Shown one piece after another: positions 12,144 through 25,549 of a stretch of 64,000 nucleotides of DNA. Location: positions 134,540,001-134,604,000 of the forward strand of contig JBITNC010000001.1 of the NCBI GenBank assembly GCA_050084985.1, read 5' to 3'. The notes under the pieces were generated by a model. That model ran no database searches. It had not been told where the DNA came from and was given only the letters and a program-made list of their open reading frames with translations. This DNA is from Nageia nagi. Its lineage: Eukaryota; Plantae; Pinophyta. Made by a program: the position numbers and the translations under genes. Every line of letters starts with the position of its first letter. Position 1 is the first letter of the stretch.

Positions 12144-13430
12144 TCACCAATAATCCCCATAAGAACATTCTTCACATTTGAAATGAAGAAATTGATTCCC
12201 ATCCCTCGTAGCAATGTTCCTTGTAAAATTCCTAGGGATAAACTTGGTTGCAAAATTGTAGTCATTGCATAGTTGAAGGTTCTTCACAACCTTAGTAATG
12301 TTTCCAGTGGAGTCTTTAATAACCTAAATGCAATTGCCAACTTAAACTTCCATATCATTCAATGTAGGTATTATATTTGGAAATATAATCTGCTACCTTC
12401 ATCTTACTCGATAGTTTCTTCAAATCACTATAGATTTCATGTGTTTAATCTATTTCCTATAACAAAATCATGAATACTCTATTAACTTCAATCAAAATAC
12501 ATATAAGAGTCTTCTTATTTCTTCTATCTTTCATCAATTTCCCTCCTTAAAACATCATCCTCCCTACCCACTTAAACACAAATATTTGAGAGGAGAACAT
12601 ATGATGGAGTATATTTAGTCTCCAATAAAAATTAATATTTCCATGTAATCCCCACTCCTACATTTATAAGTGGTGTACACTTACCAAGCAAACATTGTTA
12701 CACACCCCATTTGGTGCACTTGCATAGATAAAGATGATCAACAATACATTTATAATAATCTTCCCAAGAATAGTTACAATAAGAGTCATTACAACACCCA
12801 TCTACTAGTCGTAATGAGCTATTTGCAAGTAGAACACATAAATATGTTATGCTATTTGCATGACTATTTGCAACCACTCTTTGAGGGATTTCTACACTTT
12901 CTTCTAGAATCCCCATCATGGTGCACATTGGAAGGATACAACAAAGGTTGTAGGGTTGGGCTTTACTCTTGAAAATTGTACCTCCCTAAAAGTCTCATGT
13001 TATCCATATTTTGTGATCACTACACGTCATGAGGCTATAACTATTGCATACATCTCATAAAATAACTCACATGCATTCTCTATGTTTGACATTTTGTGTA
13101 CACATCTACTAGTGTATTCACCATTACAACATCTAATCTACTTTTAAAGATTCTTTGGAGTGGGTTTTTACGATGCTAGGAAAGGTGCACAAGAGATTAT
13201 CCAATAACCCAAGTGAAATGTCAACTTTCTACACTCCTAGTAGAGTAGCCATCCTCATCCCCCACATAACATGGCATAATAAATTGATACTCCAAAGAAT
13301 TTGCATCATCGAACATGGTCCACAAATGATTGATAATCAATGATTCAATATTATTCATTCTCCCTCTCCAAAAAAAATGCCTACGATGTAAATATAACTC
13401 TCCCAAGTGAGTAACCAACTATCATTATCA
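12144..13430 (-). pseudogene. PLS-class PPR-E-DYW (RNA-editing factor type) pseudogene, C-terminal part
   Basis: Manual minus-strand translation ends ...KVVKNLQLCNDYNFATKFIPRNFTRNIATRDGNQFLHFKCEECSYGDYW* (TGA 12144-12146). Upstream are KLAIAF, an E-motif (YVLLSNI) and PPR pieces (DVVMVNTLVDVYTKC, VKPNPTTF, DYYKCIVD). Many stops and frameshifts. 5' boundary approximate. Confidence 0.85.
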
Positions 13431-15688
13431 AATATAATTGATTTTTATTCCAAAAGAATGCTTACACATATACAAAGGAAGCCTAAAATATACCTTGTGT
13501 ATAGAAAATCAAACATTAGTATACTAAAGTTAATTTGACAACTTATGCACACACAAAACAATATGAACAAGTTAAAAGTAAAAAGTAAGAGGCAAATAAT
13601 ACATAATTATATTGAAGAAATCTTATGTAAAATATTTATTGAACACAAAACATGGAAAATATAATCCAACATATGCAAGTGATTTTGAAGTAAACACTTG
13701 TATACTTTGGTTTTGTGCGATAAAAGAACAACCATTTCTTTTTAGCACAAAATTACTTTGTCTATGACTCGTTACAAACTTGTGGACAAGTAACTAGCAA
13801 TAAGCTAAAGGAAAATATGTATACATCATGGCAAGAAGAGTAGGAGGAGAGACTATGGTATCAAGATATAAGAAGGTTGATGAGGACATATGAAATAAGT
13901 ACAAACCAATTTTTTCCCTTACCTCTCTAATTATTTGAAAATTTGACATTGGTATTCATAGGGTTGGTAGGTTCTCTACTCCTAGTTTGATCCAACTACT
14001 GTTTCCATCACATTTCAGTTAGGGAGTTACATCTATAGATGTTGGTCACTGTATTTTAGTAAGAAAAACTTTGTAAGGTAGAGAAAAGGGTGTTGAAAAT
14101 ATATGGCAACACTAAAGAAGATACTCATATCAAATTTGGAACATAAGATTAATCACCTATGAATATGCATAATATGCTTACCAAGAAGAATACAATCTAT
14201 ATTGAACTGAAACCATTCCATTCCCAAACTAGACATTCAATACTTACTTATGTGGTCCTTAAATAAATGATACTAATGGGTTACAACAGTATTTGTAACA
14301 AACAAGAAGTAAATGGAAGACCCATAATGTTGGCAATTTAGGATTTGGGCTTGGTGGAGGCCATGCAAATGTGAGCCCCCTCTTCCACACATTATGATGT
14401 GCACTCTCCACATTGAGAAATGCTAGGAAGATCCCCTCCCAAGTGCAATGGAAGTGTCCTCCCTAGGCCATCAGCATTGCTGATCACCCATTGACCCCTC
14501 CTAGGTAAGTATACTTTCATTCTTATCCTTCCCTCTCATTTATCCACTCTCCTCTTTTCCTCTCCCTTGACACTCGTGCATGTGCGATCATCATGCAACC
14601 TTCTATTCAATGTAAGCATGCAAAAATAATTCATAGTTTCCTAATAGATTATTCAATGGTGCCACCCCATTTAAGCTCATATTGAGTTTATGATATAATA
14701 GCTTTAACAAAATTCACACTGCATTGCATCTTATACTATAAGTTACCCCAAATATTCTTACCCAAACTATGAAACTTTATAGATGGATGAAATACATAAA
14801 TCATTTTTGTATCTCATTTTATCATAGTGTATTATATTAATTGGCTCGATTTCATTTATTAATTAATTTAAATAATAAATACCATACATTCCTTTTATAA
14901 TTGGCTCAATCTTGATTGAATTGCCTTCTAGCATGTGTGCTAGATAAACTAGACAAGGTGGTCAGTAACGTGAAGGTAGTAAGGAAGACACCAAGTAGGA
15001 ATTAGGGTAACAAGCGATAGACTCTTCAATACTTGGTTTCTTGGGAAGGCTGCACAGATGCTAAGTACTCTTGGGAGAGTGTTGAAAGTCTATAGGACTT
15101 CAAGGAGAAAATCCAATAGTTCCTAGTTGATAGTGGTGAAGATGCTTTCTTGGCATGAGTCAAGAAGAAGTACTTGGTGCATATTTGAAATTTCCATCAT
15201 CAAGAATACCAATAGCTTATATGGATGTAAGCTCACCTCTAAGTGGAGGAGGATATGAGAGGACATGTGACTCTCTACTCTAAGAACCGCGTTGGCATGT
15301 GCATGAGGCATGTGTTGGTTGATAGACCAGGGATGTGGTTGTGTGGGAGGAGCTCTCGAGGGGATGATACCTCATTAATGGACTCAATGGTTGGGAGGAT
15401 AGTCACTATGAAGGGTAATGCCCAATGTAGCTATGACCCACTCGATACCCCATGTGGACAAGTTTGAAAGACCTTAGGTGCATAATGGCCCTAGACACAT
15501 GATCGACCATTGCATAGGCCAAAATGGGAGTCCTTGGACCCATCATATGCATGACATGGGTCAATGGACATGATAGATAGAATGATTGACATGGACAAGG
15601 AGCATTTCATGGCCAGTGCCAAGTAGGGGTTGGTTAGAAAGTTCATAAATGGATTGATCTAGCTGGTGCTATCATAATCAAAATTATG

Positions 15689-15693
<5 letters not shown>

Positions 15694-15777
<84 letters not shown>
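15694..15777. repeat. Compound microsatellite (AT)~29(GA)~12
   Basis: Directly visible. Confidence 0.97.
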
Positions 15778-15783
<6 letters not shown>

Positions 15784-17379
15784 TCTCAAAATTCAATGCT
15801 TCATTATAAATGGTAATTTATAATCATTTCATATTGTTTTGAGGATAAAGAGTATTGCTAACATATAAATAAGTTTTTTTTGTTAATTCAAGGTGTTGTA
15901 GGCTATCCTAGATTCAAAGGTATATAAAGGTATAATACAGCACCTCAACTACATAAGGAATATCTATAGGAAATGAATTAAATTTTAATCCTACATTGAG
16001 TTTCTTCTTAAAGAATAATTAATCATCTACATACATGTTATTTTTTATCATATATGATAATGTTGATCGATATAATGTAACCTCAAAAAATTTGATTTGA
16101 TTGAGTTCTCCATTACCTACAATAGTAGGTTCTTTGAAAGAACAAAAGGTGGTAGGAATGTGCTTTTGTTGGTTTTGTGTTCAATATCTAAGTTATAGGC
16201 CAGTTCCTATAAATTGTAAAGGTTTAAAGTAATAGAAAAGAGATAAAAGGTAGAGAGTTACTGGAAAGAGATGAACACATTAAACTAAAACATAAACAAC
16301 AACTTCACAACCCAAGCATTGTAGTGCAGACATCAATCCATAACCAAGATTAAGAATAGTGAGCTATCTTACCTTTGGGATCTCATAATCATAATACACA
16401 GCCATAACTTAAGACAACATCTCTTACATAACATTTACAAAAGCAATAAACAACCACTTGTTGCAAAAGGGTAAAGCATTATTTGTTTACATTATCATAT
16501 ATGAAAGTATCTTACAAACCTGGACAAATTCGCTCAAATGTTTGACCTTTTTGATTTCAAATAATCCACCATTTATACATTTACATACCATGCTAGGTTA
16601 TTTTTTATCATTAATATACATAATTACTCATCTTGATTGAAGCTAGCGAAGAAAACTATTTACAATAAATATCAAAACTGTGCTAAATTACATAGTGAAT
16701 AAGTACCAATAGCATGGTTATCTAAGAATTTAAAATTTCTGAACAGTCATATACATTGAGCTACAATCCTCCTGACATGTCGTTGACTACTTCTAATTTG
16801 GTCCTGTAGATGACTGAAGATGGTACTGTAGCTGATTAAATAAGTACTCATCTACAATCTGATAGATATGATTTGGCACTATGTTCTGTTAGTAGCTATC
16901 TACTTCTTTGCAACCATCGATGATCCATACTATGGTTTTAAATGAATAGAGTAATGAAGGGTTGTGAATAGTATATCAGCTTAGTTTGAGCAGAAACTGC
17001 TACTATTATATGGAATTAAGTTGAATTCGACACATTCATAGGGCTTTGAGGGTCAAACATTTAAGATCAAGTGGACTTGGATGTTACTTCTTATCCATTA
17101 CTCTTATCTTAGTCTAGTGGATCCTATTTCTTTTCTCTAGATTCTATTGTCAATCTAGCTCTTTTTACCACCCGTTCATTTTAGCCAAAAGTTCTAATGT
17201 CATTGCTCAAAATCGGTGAGCTCTATTTAGGATCTTCATAAATCATCATCTACCATTACTTATTTTTGGTAAAAAGTTCAATTTGAATGCTTTTTATTTG
17301 TTTAGTATGATAGAAAGCAATTTATTAAATGAAAAGACCTTTTCTTATATATATATGTGAAATGAGAACATTTCAATCC

Positions 17380-18740
17380 TTAATTTATCATTTGCTTTAC
17401 GTAATAATCCTTAGGCCTAGTGTATTCTCCCATGTTTTGCATACTCTGCTAATTGACTACGCACAACCAAAATATTTGATGTAAAGCTTATTTGTTTTTA
17501 AACTACTCTCGGATGGATTTCCATACCTCCTTTGATAAATCCTACATTGGCGCATTGCTAGATGGATATTGGAAAATGCTGCAAAATTTGGTTTCACATT
17601 TGCTTAAAAGTTTCTTTCAGAAAAACTATTTTGTGCATTTCTTGCTAACATTACAACCCATGAAACCGCACTCTAGGCTTTGTGTGATCACAATCTCAAC
17701 ATTCGATGAGCTACTATTTGAGGTATCTCCAAACCATCTGTTAGCACCCCCATCATGGTACACCTTGGAAAATGCTTCAGAATTCTGACTTCACATTTTC
17801 ATTTGCTTAAAAGTTTCTTATGTCTTCTTAGTAAATCCATTTTTGTGCACATCATATCATCATGTGCAGGTTATGAACTGATTTGTAATACACCTAACCA
17901 TTGCAATCTACTTTAATAACGCCTTCTCAACAAATTTATTTTGTGCAAGTCCTCAAATCATTTTTATTTATAAGACTCAGTTTCCAATCATATATGCTGC
18001 CAAATAATTCTCTAGTCCCTGTGTACCCTTCCATGTTTTGCATATACGGTACTCTCGGCGTAAGCAATTGATGTAAAAACATTTTCAAATACTCTTTGAT
18101 GAATTTGTATACCTTCTTCGTGAGCCTTCTTGATGGCGTGCGCTGGAGAAATGTTATCAAAGATTTCAGAGTTTGGCTTTTTTTATTTTTTAATTTTCGT
18201 GCGCCCTTTTCAGAAAACCTTTGTTATGCCTTTCCTGTGAGCATTTTCACTTTATCAAACAATTCCTATGCGCTTGCAAAGAGTCCTTTTTGTGTTTATC
18301 TTGCTATCATTACAGTCCGTACCGCATCACACATACTATCAAACAATATCTGGGATTTGTGTATCAGGAATTTACAACTACAATAGTCAACGAGAAACCA
18401 TTTTCAACTACTTCTATGATAAATCGTGCTAGTAGATTGCTACCAAATGTTTCAAAGTTTAGCATTACATCTATTACTTTTTTAAAAATTCTTCTGTGCT
18501 TTGTTTATAGAAAACCCATTTTGTGCGTAGCAGACATGTTGTCAAAAAAGTTATGAACCTTGTATTTTGTTTCATATTCTACAGAGTTTGGCTTTCAATC
18601 TGACTGAAATGGCGTACGAACTCTTGAAGAAATCCCTTTGTTTTTACTTAATAAACTATCTAGATAATTCGTAAAGAATTCTCAAGGATGGATTTGATAC
18701 ATCGTTTTAAGCCTTGAAGAGATCGCCTATGTTCCACAAC
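17380..18740 (-). pseudogene. Decayed PLS-class PPR repeat array
   Basis: Fragments KPNSEIFDNISPAHAIKKAHEEGIQIHQRVFEN, YAKHGRVH, VSWVVMLARNAQN, ETFKQM (x2), GGMEIHPRVV and YAQNGF match the P-L-S repeat consensus (KPxxxTFxxILxAC...GMEIH...MYAKCG...SWxxMIxGYAQNG...ETFKQM). Boundaries approximate. Confidence 0.78.
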
Positions 18741-20879
18741 TCCTCAAAAACCTTTTTTCTAAGTCCATTCTGAGTACTATTTATGATATATTGTTAAGTG
18801 ATTCATTCTCATATCATTGTAAATAAAAGTAAATTAATAGTGTGATCACAATCTTTTTTTGAAAAATATTATCTTTCCTTCAAATAATGATGAAATGATT
18901 TCTAATAGCAATTGTTCAAAGTAATGAAATTATAAATAAGAGATTTCAAGTGTAAAAATTAAGCTATAGTTAAGAATAAATTGTGAATGATATTATGAGG
19001 AGGCTACTATATTAATTGAGCAAGGTTAATATGATCAAGGAAGAGAGGAAGTCCTAGAAAGGAGTGAAATCCTCTTGAGGTCCATAGAATGGTTTGATGA
19101 GTTAGGTACCATATAGATAAATTACAATTGCATCATGGTCATAAGTGAAAAGAGGGTTGTCTTGAACCTAAAACTCCAAACATTCCTATTACTCGACCCA
19201 AACTCCTTTGATCCTTGCAAGACAATTCGAAAGACAAAGATGAAGATTCTACATCAAGAAATTTGAAAATAGATTAAAGAACTCTAGTTAAGACTTGAAA
19301 TATCTAATATGTATCTACTTATGTAAAATTTGTAAGGGACTATGTTGTAAATGATAAGGGTCATCCTCATTTAATGTATTTAATATCTTCATGTAATAAG
19401 TTAATGGAATACAAGTTTGATAGAACATCTTAAAGTTCATTTAATGGATATATGATCTATTTTATTTTATAGTGCAATCTTTGAAATGATTTTTAAATAT
19501 TAAGAACTATAGTACCACATGAAGATCAGTGGTAGTACAATGATACGGATATCAAAGAAGTGAATTAAATCAATATTAAGTCAACTTTTCTTTAGTAAAT
19601 TCATTACGTATCTATATGTAGTTAAAATTTGGTACACTTTCATTAGCAACTATATGTAAATAATTCTATTCTTTAATGTGTTCATTTGAAGTCTCATATA
19701 TGTTAAGGCAAGAACTATAGTATGATATGAAAGCAAAGGATAATACGAGATATTGTAAAGAATTCTTATGGTTTTTACTTTATCAATTTGACTTTATAGG
19801 TAAAGTAAACTTTAATATATGGGTCATCTATAGTACTCTTACCAAAAACTTATGAATAGCTTTGTAGACATAGTCTTAATTCTAATTGGAGAACACTATT
19901 ATTAATCCCAAATCTTAAATATTAGACCTTAAAGTTAATTTAGTATAATACGTGAAAGATAATAGTTTGAAAATAAAATGAGATGTATGAGAAACAACAT
20001 TAAAATTAAGAGGGAGATATTTCAATAGTCTTAATTAAATTTAGTAAGATGTTTTATAATGTGATTTAGATTCATTAAGGATACATTTGGTTATAATCCT
20101 TATTTTGAACAAGTCACTTTATCATTATTTAATAATGTAGTCAAGGTTGATAAAACTCATGTAAAAACGTGAATGATAAAATGAATATTGTTCAAATGAT
20201 TGTACAATGGTCTAAGGGATCGATAAGAAATAATTACCCTAAATAAATACACTATCATCCCAAATGTTTGGAGAGGATCCCAAATTAGTCATATGGACCC
20301 TAATTTAGATTTAGGATCATACAAGAAATGTTAGGGACCCTTTAGGAATAAATGGGATCAAATGGGATAGTATGAGGATACAACGAAAAATAAATTGAGA
20401 TGCATGGGATTATCATGGGATCTAAATCGTAAGATTTCTCAAATAAAGATTTTAAACTAGTGTTATTAAATCCTTATGATGTGATAACTACACTTTCTCA
20501 AACATAAGTGTATGATAGAATATAGTGAACTTTATTTAGGTAATAAAGTTTAATATCTCATTTAACTAAAAACCAGTGCACGATCATCGAGAGTATCCAC
20601 TCGCAAGTGAAATACCAATTGAATGTACCCTCATAATTACAAAGAAAAGATGAGGACTAAATAAAGTCAATAAGGTATTAATATGTAAATCATGTGGGAT
20701 ATATGTCCCTAAATAGTAAACCTAATGAATCGAATAGAATGACAAACACAATGGTCTTAAATTTAGTGGTTTTAAATGGTGAAATTTTGAGTTGCATTAC
20801 ACCCATTTAACTTTTGGCAATGTTAATAAATGTGTGCTTCATTCAACTTTTTTAATATTTGATTAAAGGGTTAATTCAA

Positions 20880-21513
20880 TGGTGTAAAAAATTTATACTA
20901 CCATGGAAGTGGCACTTGAAGTGTTACTTGATTTACTTGAGCCATACCAAAATTATTTGTATCATTATTATTTGCATTATATATTATATTATCTTTTCTT
21001 GAATGGTTTTCCTTTACCAATTTGATCTCACCATTTTGAATTATAACCTCCTCAATAATATTGGCTTGTGAAATAGCATCGTATAATATCTTATGTTGTT
21101 GAATTTGAAGAAGAGTAGAGATATGTCTATTGTAAATTTTACTAAACAACCTCACCAACTCCTCTTGGGCCAAGAAAACCTCATATTTGTGTTCAAATTT
21201 CACCATCTAAAAATTTAATTTGATACCAATTCCTACCCAAACTATGCCAACCATCTAATATCTATAATAGAATCATTCTTATTGATATTGATATAAAAAT
21301 TGTTAAGAAAGAGATTTTATAATTGCTCAAAGCTAAAAAAACTATATTGAGGAACTGCATTGTACCAATTCATAGCTTGATCCCCAAGGGTCATTGGAAA
21401 AATCTTCAACAATAGTGCATCATCATTTGCTATTTGATATTAAGCATGTTTGAAGTTCCCTAAATGCTCTTTAGGATACTCTTTACTTTTAAATTTTTCA
21501 ATATTGGGTACTC
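20880..21513 (-). mobile_element. Ty3/gypsy gag relic, interrupted by the LTR at 21514
   Basis: VPNIEKFKSKEYPKEHLGNFKHA*YQIANDDALLLKIFPMTLGDQAMNWYNAVP resembles the retrotransposon gag domain. Continues into ORF 20898-21206. Confidence 0.7.
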
Positions 21514-22702
21514 TGTTATGATGCTACAAATACAAAAAAGCGAAATATTGCAAAAATGAAATGAATATTGAATTGAAATAGGAAAATGACAACTATCTAT
21601 TGGAAATAATAGAGCATGTACTGGTAAATAGAACACGAAATATCATTAATAAGTAGATAAGGATAGGATTTTACTAAATAGTAATAGAATCATAGGCCAC
21701 TTCGAAGGGGCTACCTCCTTAAAACTCTAAAGGTGAAAAATAATGTTCAAGCTCTTTTCTCCACACACTTCTATCTATTTATATTAAACAAACCCTAACC
21801 CTAATAGTAATTCAAAATCAAGACCCACCCTTACAATCATAATATTACAATATATGCTGATAATTTAATAAAATGCTAATACTAACACTAAAATGTTAGG
21901 ATGTGCGATCCTAACATGCCACCCCTCTTGGTATGAAGCTTTGTCCTCAAAGCTTGAAGTGTGGAAACTATTGCTATAGCTGATGAAGGACTTCCCATGT
22001 TGCATCTTCTAGTGCCATGCCTTGCCACTACATAAGGACTTCTGTGATGGAGTGATTATGAAGCTATTATGAGCATTGATCCAAAACTACCTTAGGTACA
22101 ACTACCATTGATCCATCCTTTGCCAACTCAGGTAATTATATTTGAACCCAAACCTCTAATCCAACCACTTTCTTAAGGTAAGAGACATGAAACACTGGGT
22201 GAATCTTGGAAGAAGCAAGAAGCTCTAATTTGTATGCAGTTGGGCCAATGCATTGTAACACCTTGTAAGGACCATAAAACTTTAGGGCTAATTTTTGAGG
22301 GCCTTTTTTTTAAGGATTTTTGGTGATAAGGTTGCAACCTAAGAAATACCATGTCATGTACCTAGAACTCTCTTTCCACATGTTACTGATCAGCTTGTTG
22401 TTTCATATAGTGTTGGGCTATTTGAAGGCTATCCTTGAGCAAATGAAGAATATCATCCTGAGTAACTTAATCTAAGTCAACTACTTAAACTTTCCTGGTA
22501 CCTATTTCTAAGCATTTGTGAACAATTTTAGTTTGACCATTAGTTTATGGGTAATATGCTAAGCTCATGTTTTGTTGGTTACCTTGCATTTTAAAAAGCT
22601 CTTATCAAAAATGACTTGTAAAAATAGGATCGTGATCACTAATAATCATCTCTGACATGCCATGTAATTTGAAAATTGTATCCAAGAATAATTGTGCCAC
22701 TA
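21514..22702 (-). mobile_element. 3' part of a chromovirus-type Ty3/gypsy element (integrase core, GPY/F, chromodomain, PPT, 3' LTR)
   Basis: [35 protein letters not shown]...AYKLEL...[11 protein letters not shown] and chromodomain EVLM*WQGMALEDATWE. PPT AAGAGGGGTGGCA is followed by LTR 21916-21514 (TGTTA...TAACA). Confidence 0.88.
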
Positions 22703-24265
22703 TCATTGTATCCAAGAATAATCATCTCTAGGACCGTAGTTTGTCCTTTGGCGCATATCCTGGATGAATGCCTCCAAGTTCTGAAAGGAAGAACCTCCGG
22801 CCATCACCGCCTTACCTGCCGCCTCCTTCAGTTTTCGGGAAGTGTTCCTCGCCTCCTTCCCTTCCTCACTTTGCATCAATCTCCTCACTGCACTCTCTAT
22901 CTCCTCCCTCGTCACCAATCTCTCATCGTCCACGTCCCACTCACTCAAATCCATCCCAACCTTCCAAACGTCTTTTGCAAATCTGCAATTGAGAGACTGG
23001 TCGCCGAAATAAGGCCAACCCAACATTGGTACTCCCATGCTCATGCTCTCCAGCGTCGAATTCCATCCACTGTGAGTCAGAAATCCTCCCACAGAAGGGT
23101 GGGAAAGCACCTTCAGCTGGGGTGCCCAACTCACAAACAGCGCTCGCTCCTTAGTTCGTTCACTGAAGCCACTGGGCAAAGCAACAGATTCTCCTTCAGC
23201 CAAATCGGAACGGAGTACCCACAGGAAGGGCTGCCCGCTTGCTTCCAACCCCAACGCCATTTCTTCCAACTGCTGTTGGGACTTGACCGCCAGACTGCCA
23301 AAGGAAACGTACACAACAGAACCCACAGGGTGTGTGTCAAGCCACTTCAGACAGCTCTCGTCTTCCTCCCACATACTGCTTTGGACGGATTCATTTGTTC
23401 CTAGTAAGAAACCCGGCAGAAATACAGGACCTATGGCTACTGCTGGGTACCCTTTCACGGAAAGCGCCGCTGCGGCTTCTTTCCCTTCTAATTCTTCAAA
23501 GGTGTTGATGAGCACGTAGTCAACCCCTTTATTCACCATTTCAGATTCATACAGAAGGCACTTGAACAGGAGTCCCGACGCGTGCTGCTCACGGTAGAAG
23601 GACATTAAATCGCTGGGCAATAACGGTGGTATATTTCCCGGCAGACTCCTTATAACTCTGTCACTAGAGTTCTTCGCATCGGAAAGCATAATAATCAGTT
23701 CCTATGTTGAAATGGATAAAAATGGTGCCAACATTTGCAGGTATTATAAATTACCTTTCACTGGAATGTGTCCCTCTGAGAGTAGCAAATGAGCTTGTTT
23801 TTGTGCGATGGAAGCAGCGGCGCAAAGAGGCCAGAAGAGAACCCTTGGCAGTCCCATATTGGCGGCCACAGAGTGGGTGCAGGACATGAAAGCGTCTGAG
23901 ATGATACATGTAATGGGAGGAATAGTCAAATCGTCCAGAGCAGAGCGCAGCACCATCTCCAAGGCAGAGGGCCCACAACGCTGCAATGCAGTCGATAGTT
24001 CGTCGCAATTGTTGGTCCGACCGTGCGCAGCGGGCAAGCCGTCGGGAAAAGCCAAAAACTTGAAATTGGCACATCGGCAAGCATGCTCTGCAGATCCAAA
24101 AATGCGTTTGTGGGTCCATTCGGTGTTGAGGAAGGTGATGCAATGGAATCCTCTGGTGAGAAGCAGCTCAGAGAAAGTGGTGAGAGCCTTGATGTGACTC
24201 AGCGCAGGAAAAGGCACGACCACCGCATGCAGAGTATGTGTTTGAACCTCTGCGTGGTTCGCCAT
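22703..24265 (-). pseudogene. UGT copy 2: open exons (23755..24265, 22703..23679) but non-canonical splice acceptor, so probable pseudogene or weak allele
   Basis: Close paralog of copy 1 with intact PSPG box and His24 (PFPALSH). Intron 23680-23754 begins GT but ends TTTCCG instead of TTTCAG. Last 8 residues (RDDYSWIQ) are non-homologous. Confidence 0.8.
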
Positions 24266-24486
24266 TGTTATGGTGGCCTTCTCTTTGGTAGCCAGAAGAT
24301 TGAGTCTTCTTCCACAGACACTGGATGTTGATGCGTAAGAGACGGATTCATTTATACGTGAAAGAGTGGGGTTACATAACCAACAATTCCAAAATGGAAC
24401 AAGATCATATTTGCGTTGAAGAGTAGATATAAAACTGCAGAATTTTGAGGGTCCCATCACCTTTAAGAAAAGGTAACTAATAATAG

Positions 24487-24600
24487 ACCTCACCTACAAA
24501 GATATCACGCAACGCGATGATATGGTCTCAAAATCATAATTAAAAAATTATGATTTTGAGACCATATCATCGCGTTGCGTGATATCTTTGTGGGTGAGGT
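24487..24600. repeat. Near-perfect inverted repeat: 55-bp arms, 4-nt loop, one mismatch
   Basis: Arm 24487-24541 is the reverse complement of 24546-24600 except for one T/G position. Loop AAAA. Confidence 0.96.
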
Positions 24601-25549
24601 ATATATTTTATTGGATTATTTAGTGTTTTTTTTTTTCATTTATTTCTAATAAATTGTAACATTTTTTTTAAATTATTGGGTATCTATTGTTTGATCGATG
24701 GAGTTTGATTATTATTAAGGAAATTTAATTTATTAAAAGTTTATTTTTTATTTGATTAATTTGAAGTTTGTAATACAAATTTTATAGTTTGTAAGTAGTA
24801 TGAGATTTATTGAGATTTGTAAAAGTTTACGTCTTAAGGTACAAAATTAGAATATAAGTACTAAGAAATTGAGGAAGATTCTCAAAGCATTTCAAAGGAT
24901 CATTTAAACATCTTTGGGATAAAATTTCAATTTTATTAAAGACATCTTTGTTTGATCCTTTTTTTTTATATTTTATGCTATATTGCTCTAACTTTTATAA
25001 TTATCAATTGCTCATTATCGCTTATATTATATTATGTTATTATAATCTTGTATAGGTGGAAGAGGGAATTTTCCATAGTTACCTTATTTTTTATAACAAA
25101 TAATAATATTTTGTGAATCAAGAACTTCATGAATAATTATAATGTTATAAAAATATATCTTCATAGAGTAAAGCCTCCCTATTGATGATCGATCACCTAT
25201 GACAAAATGAAATCACTTTTTTAATGATTTTATACGACTTATTACAAAGGTCTATAGGCCTGAAGTATTTAAAATCCTTGTGACCAACAACTTTTGAAAT
25301 CAACACAAGGAAAGTGTTAAAGTTTATATATCTAGTAATGGATTTGAAATATTGATAAAAGGATCATTGAAATGCATTAAGGCTTGATATATTTTCTCTT
25401 CGTATAATAAAAATTACATATTTGATTTTCCCTTCTTTCGACGAGCTTATGAGATAATTTTTATGATTATTTTCCATTTTTATGATTATTTTCCATAGTG
25501 TAAGGGAGAATCTATAAAAGAGTATCTATGGCCTTATCACCTGCTACGC

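Noticed and set aside
13430-15660. GC-richer patches and short ORFs (15123-15467)
   Set aside because: Probably TE debris, but no diagnostic motif, termini or TSD could be identified.
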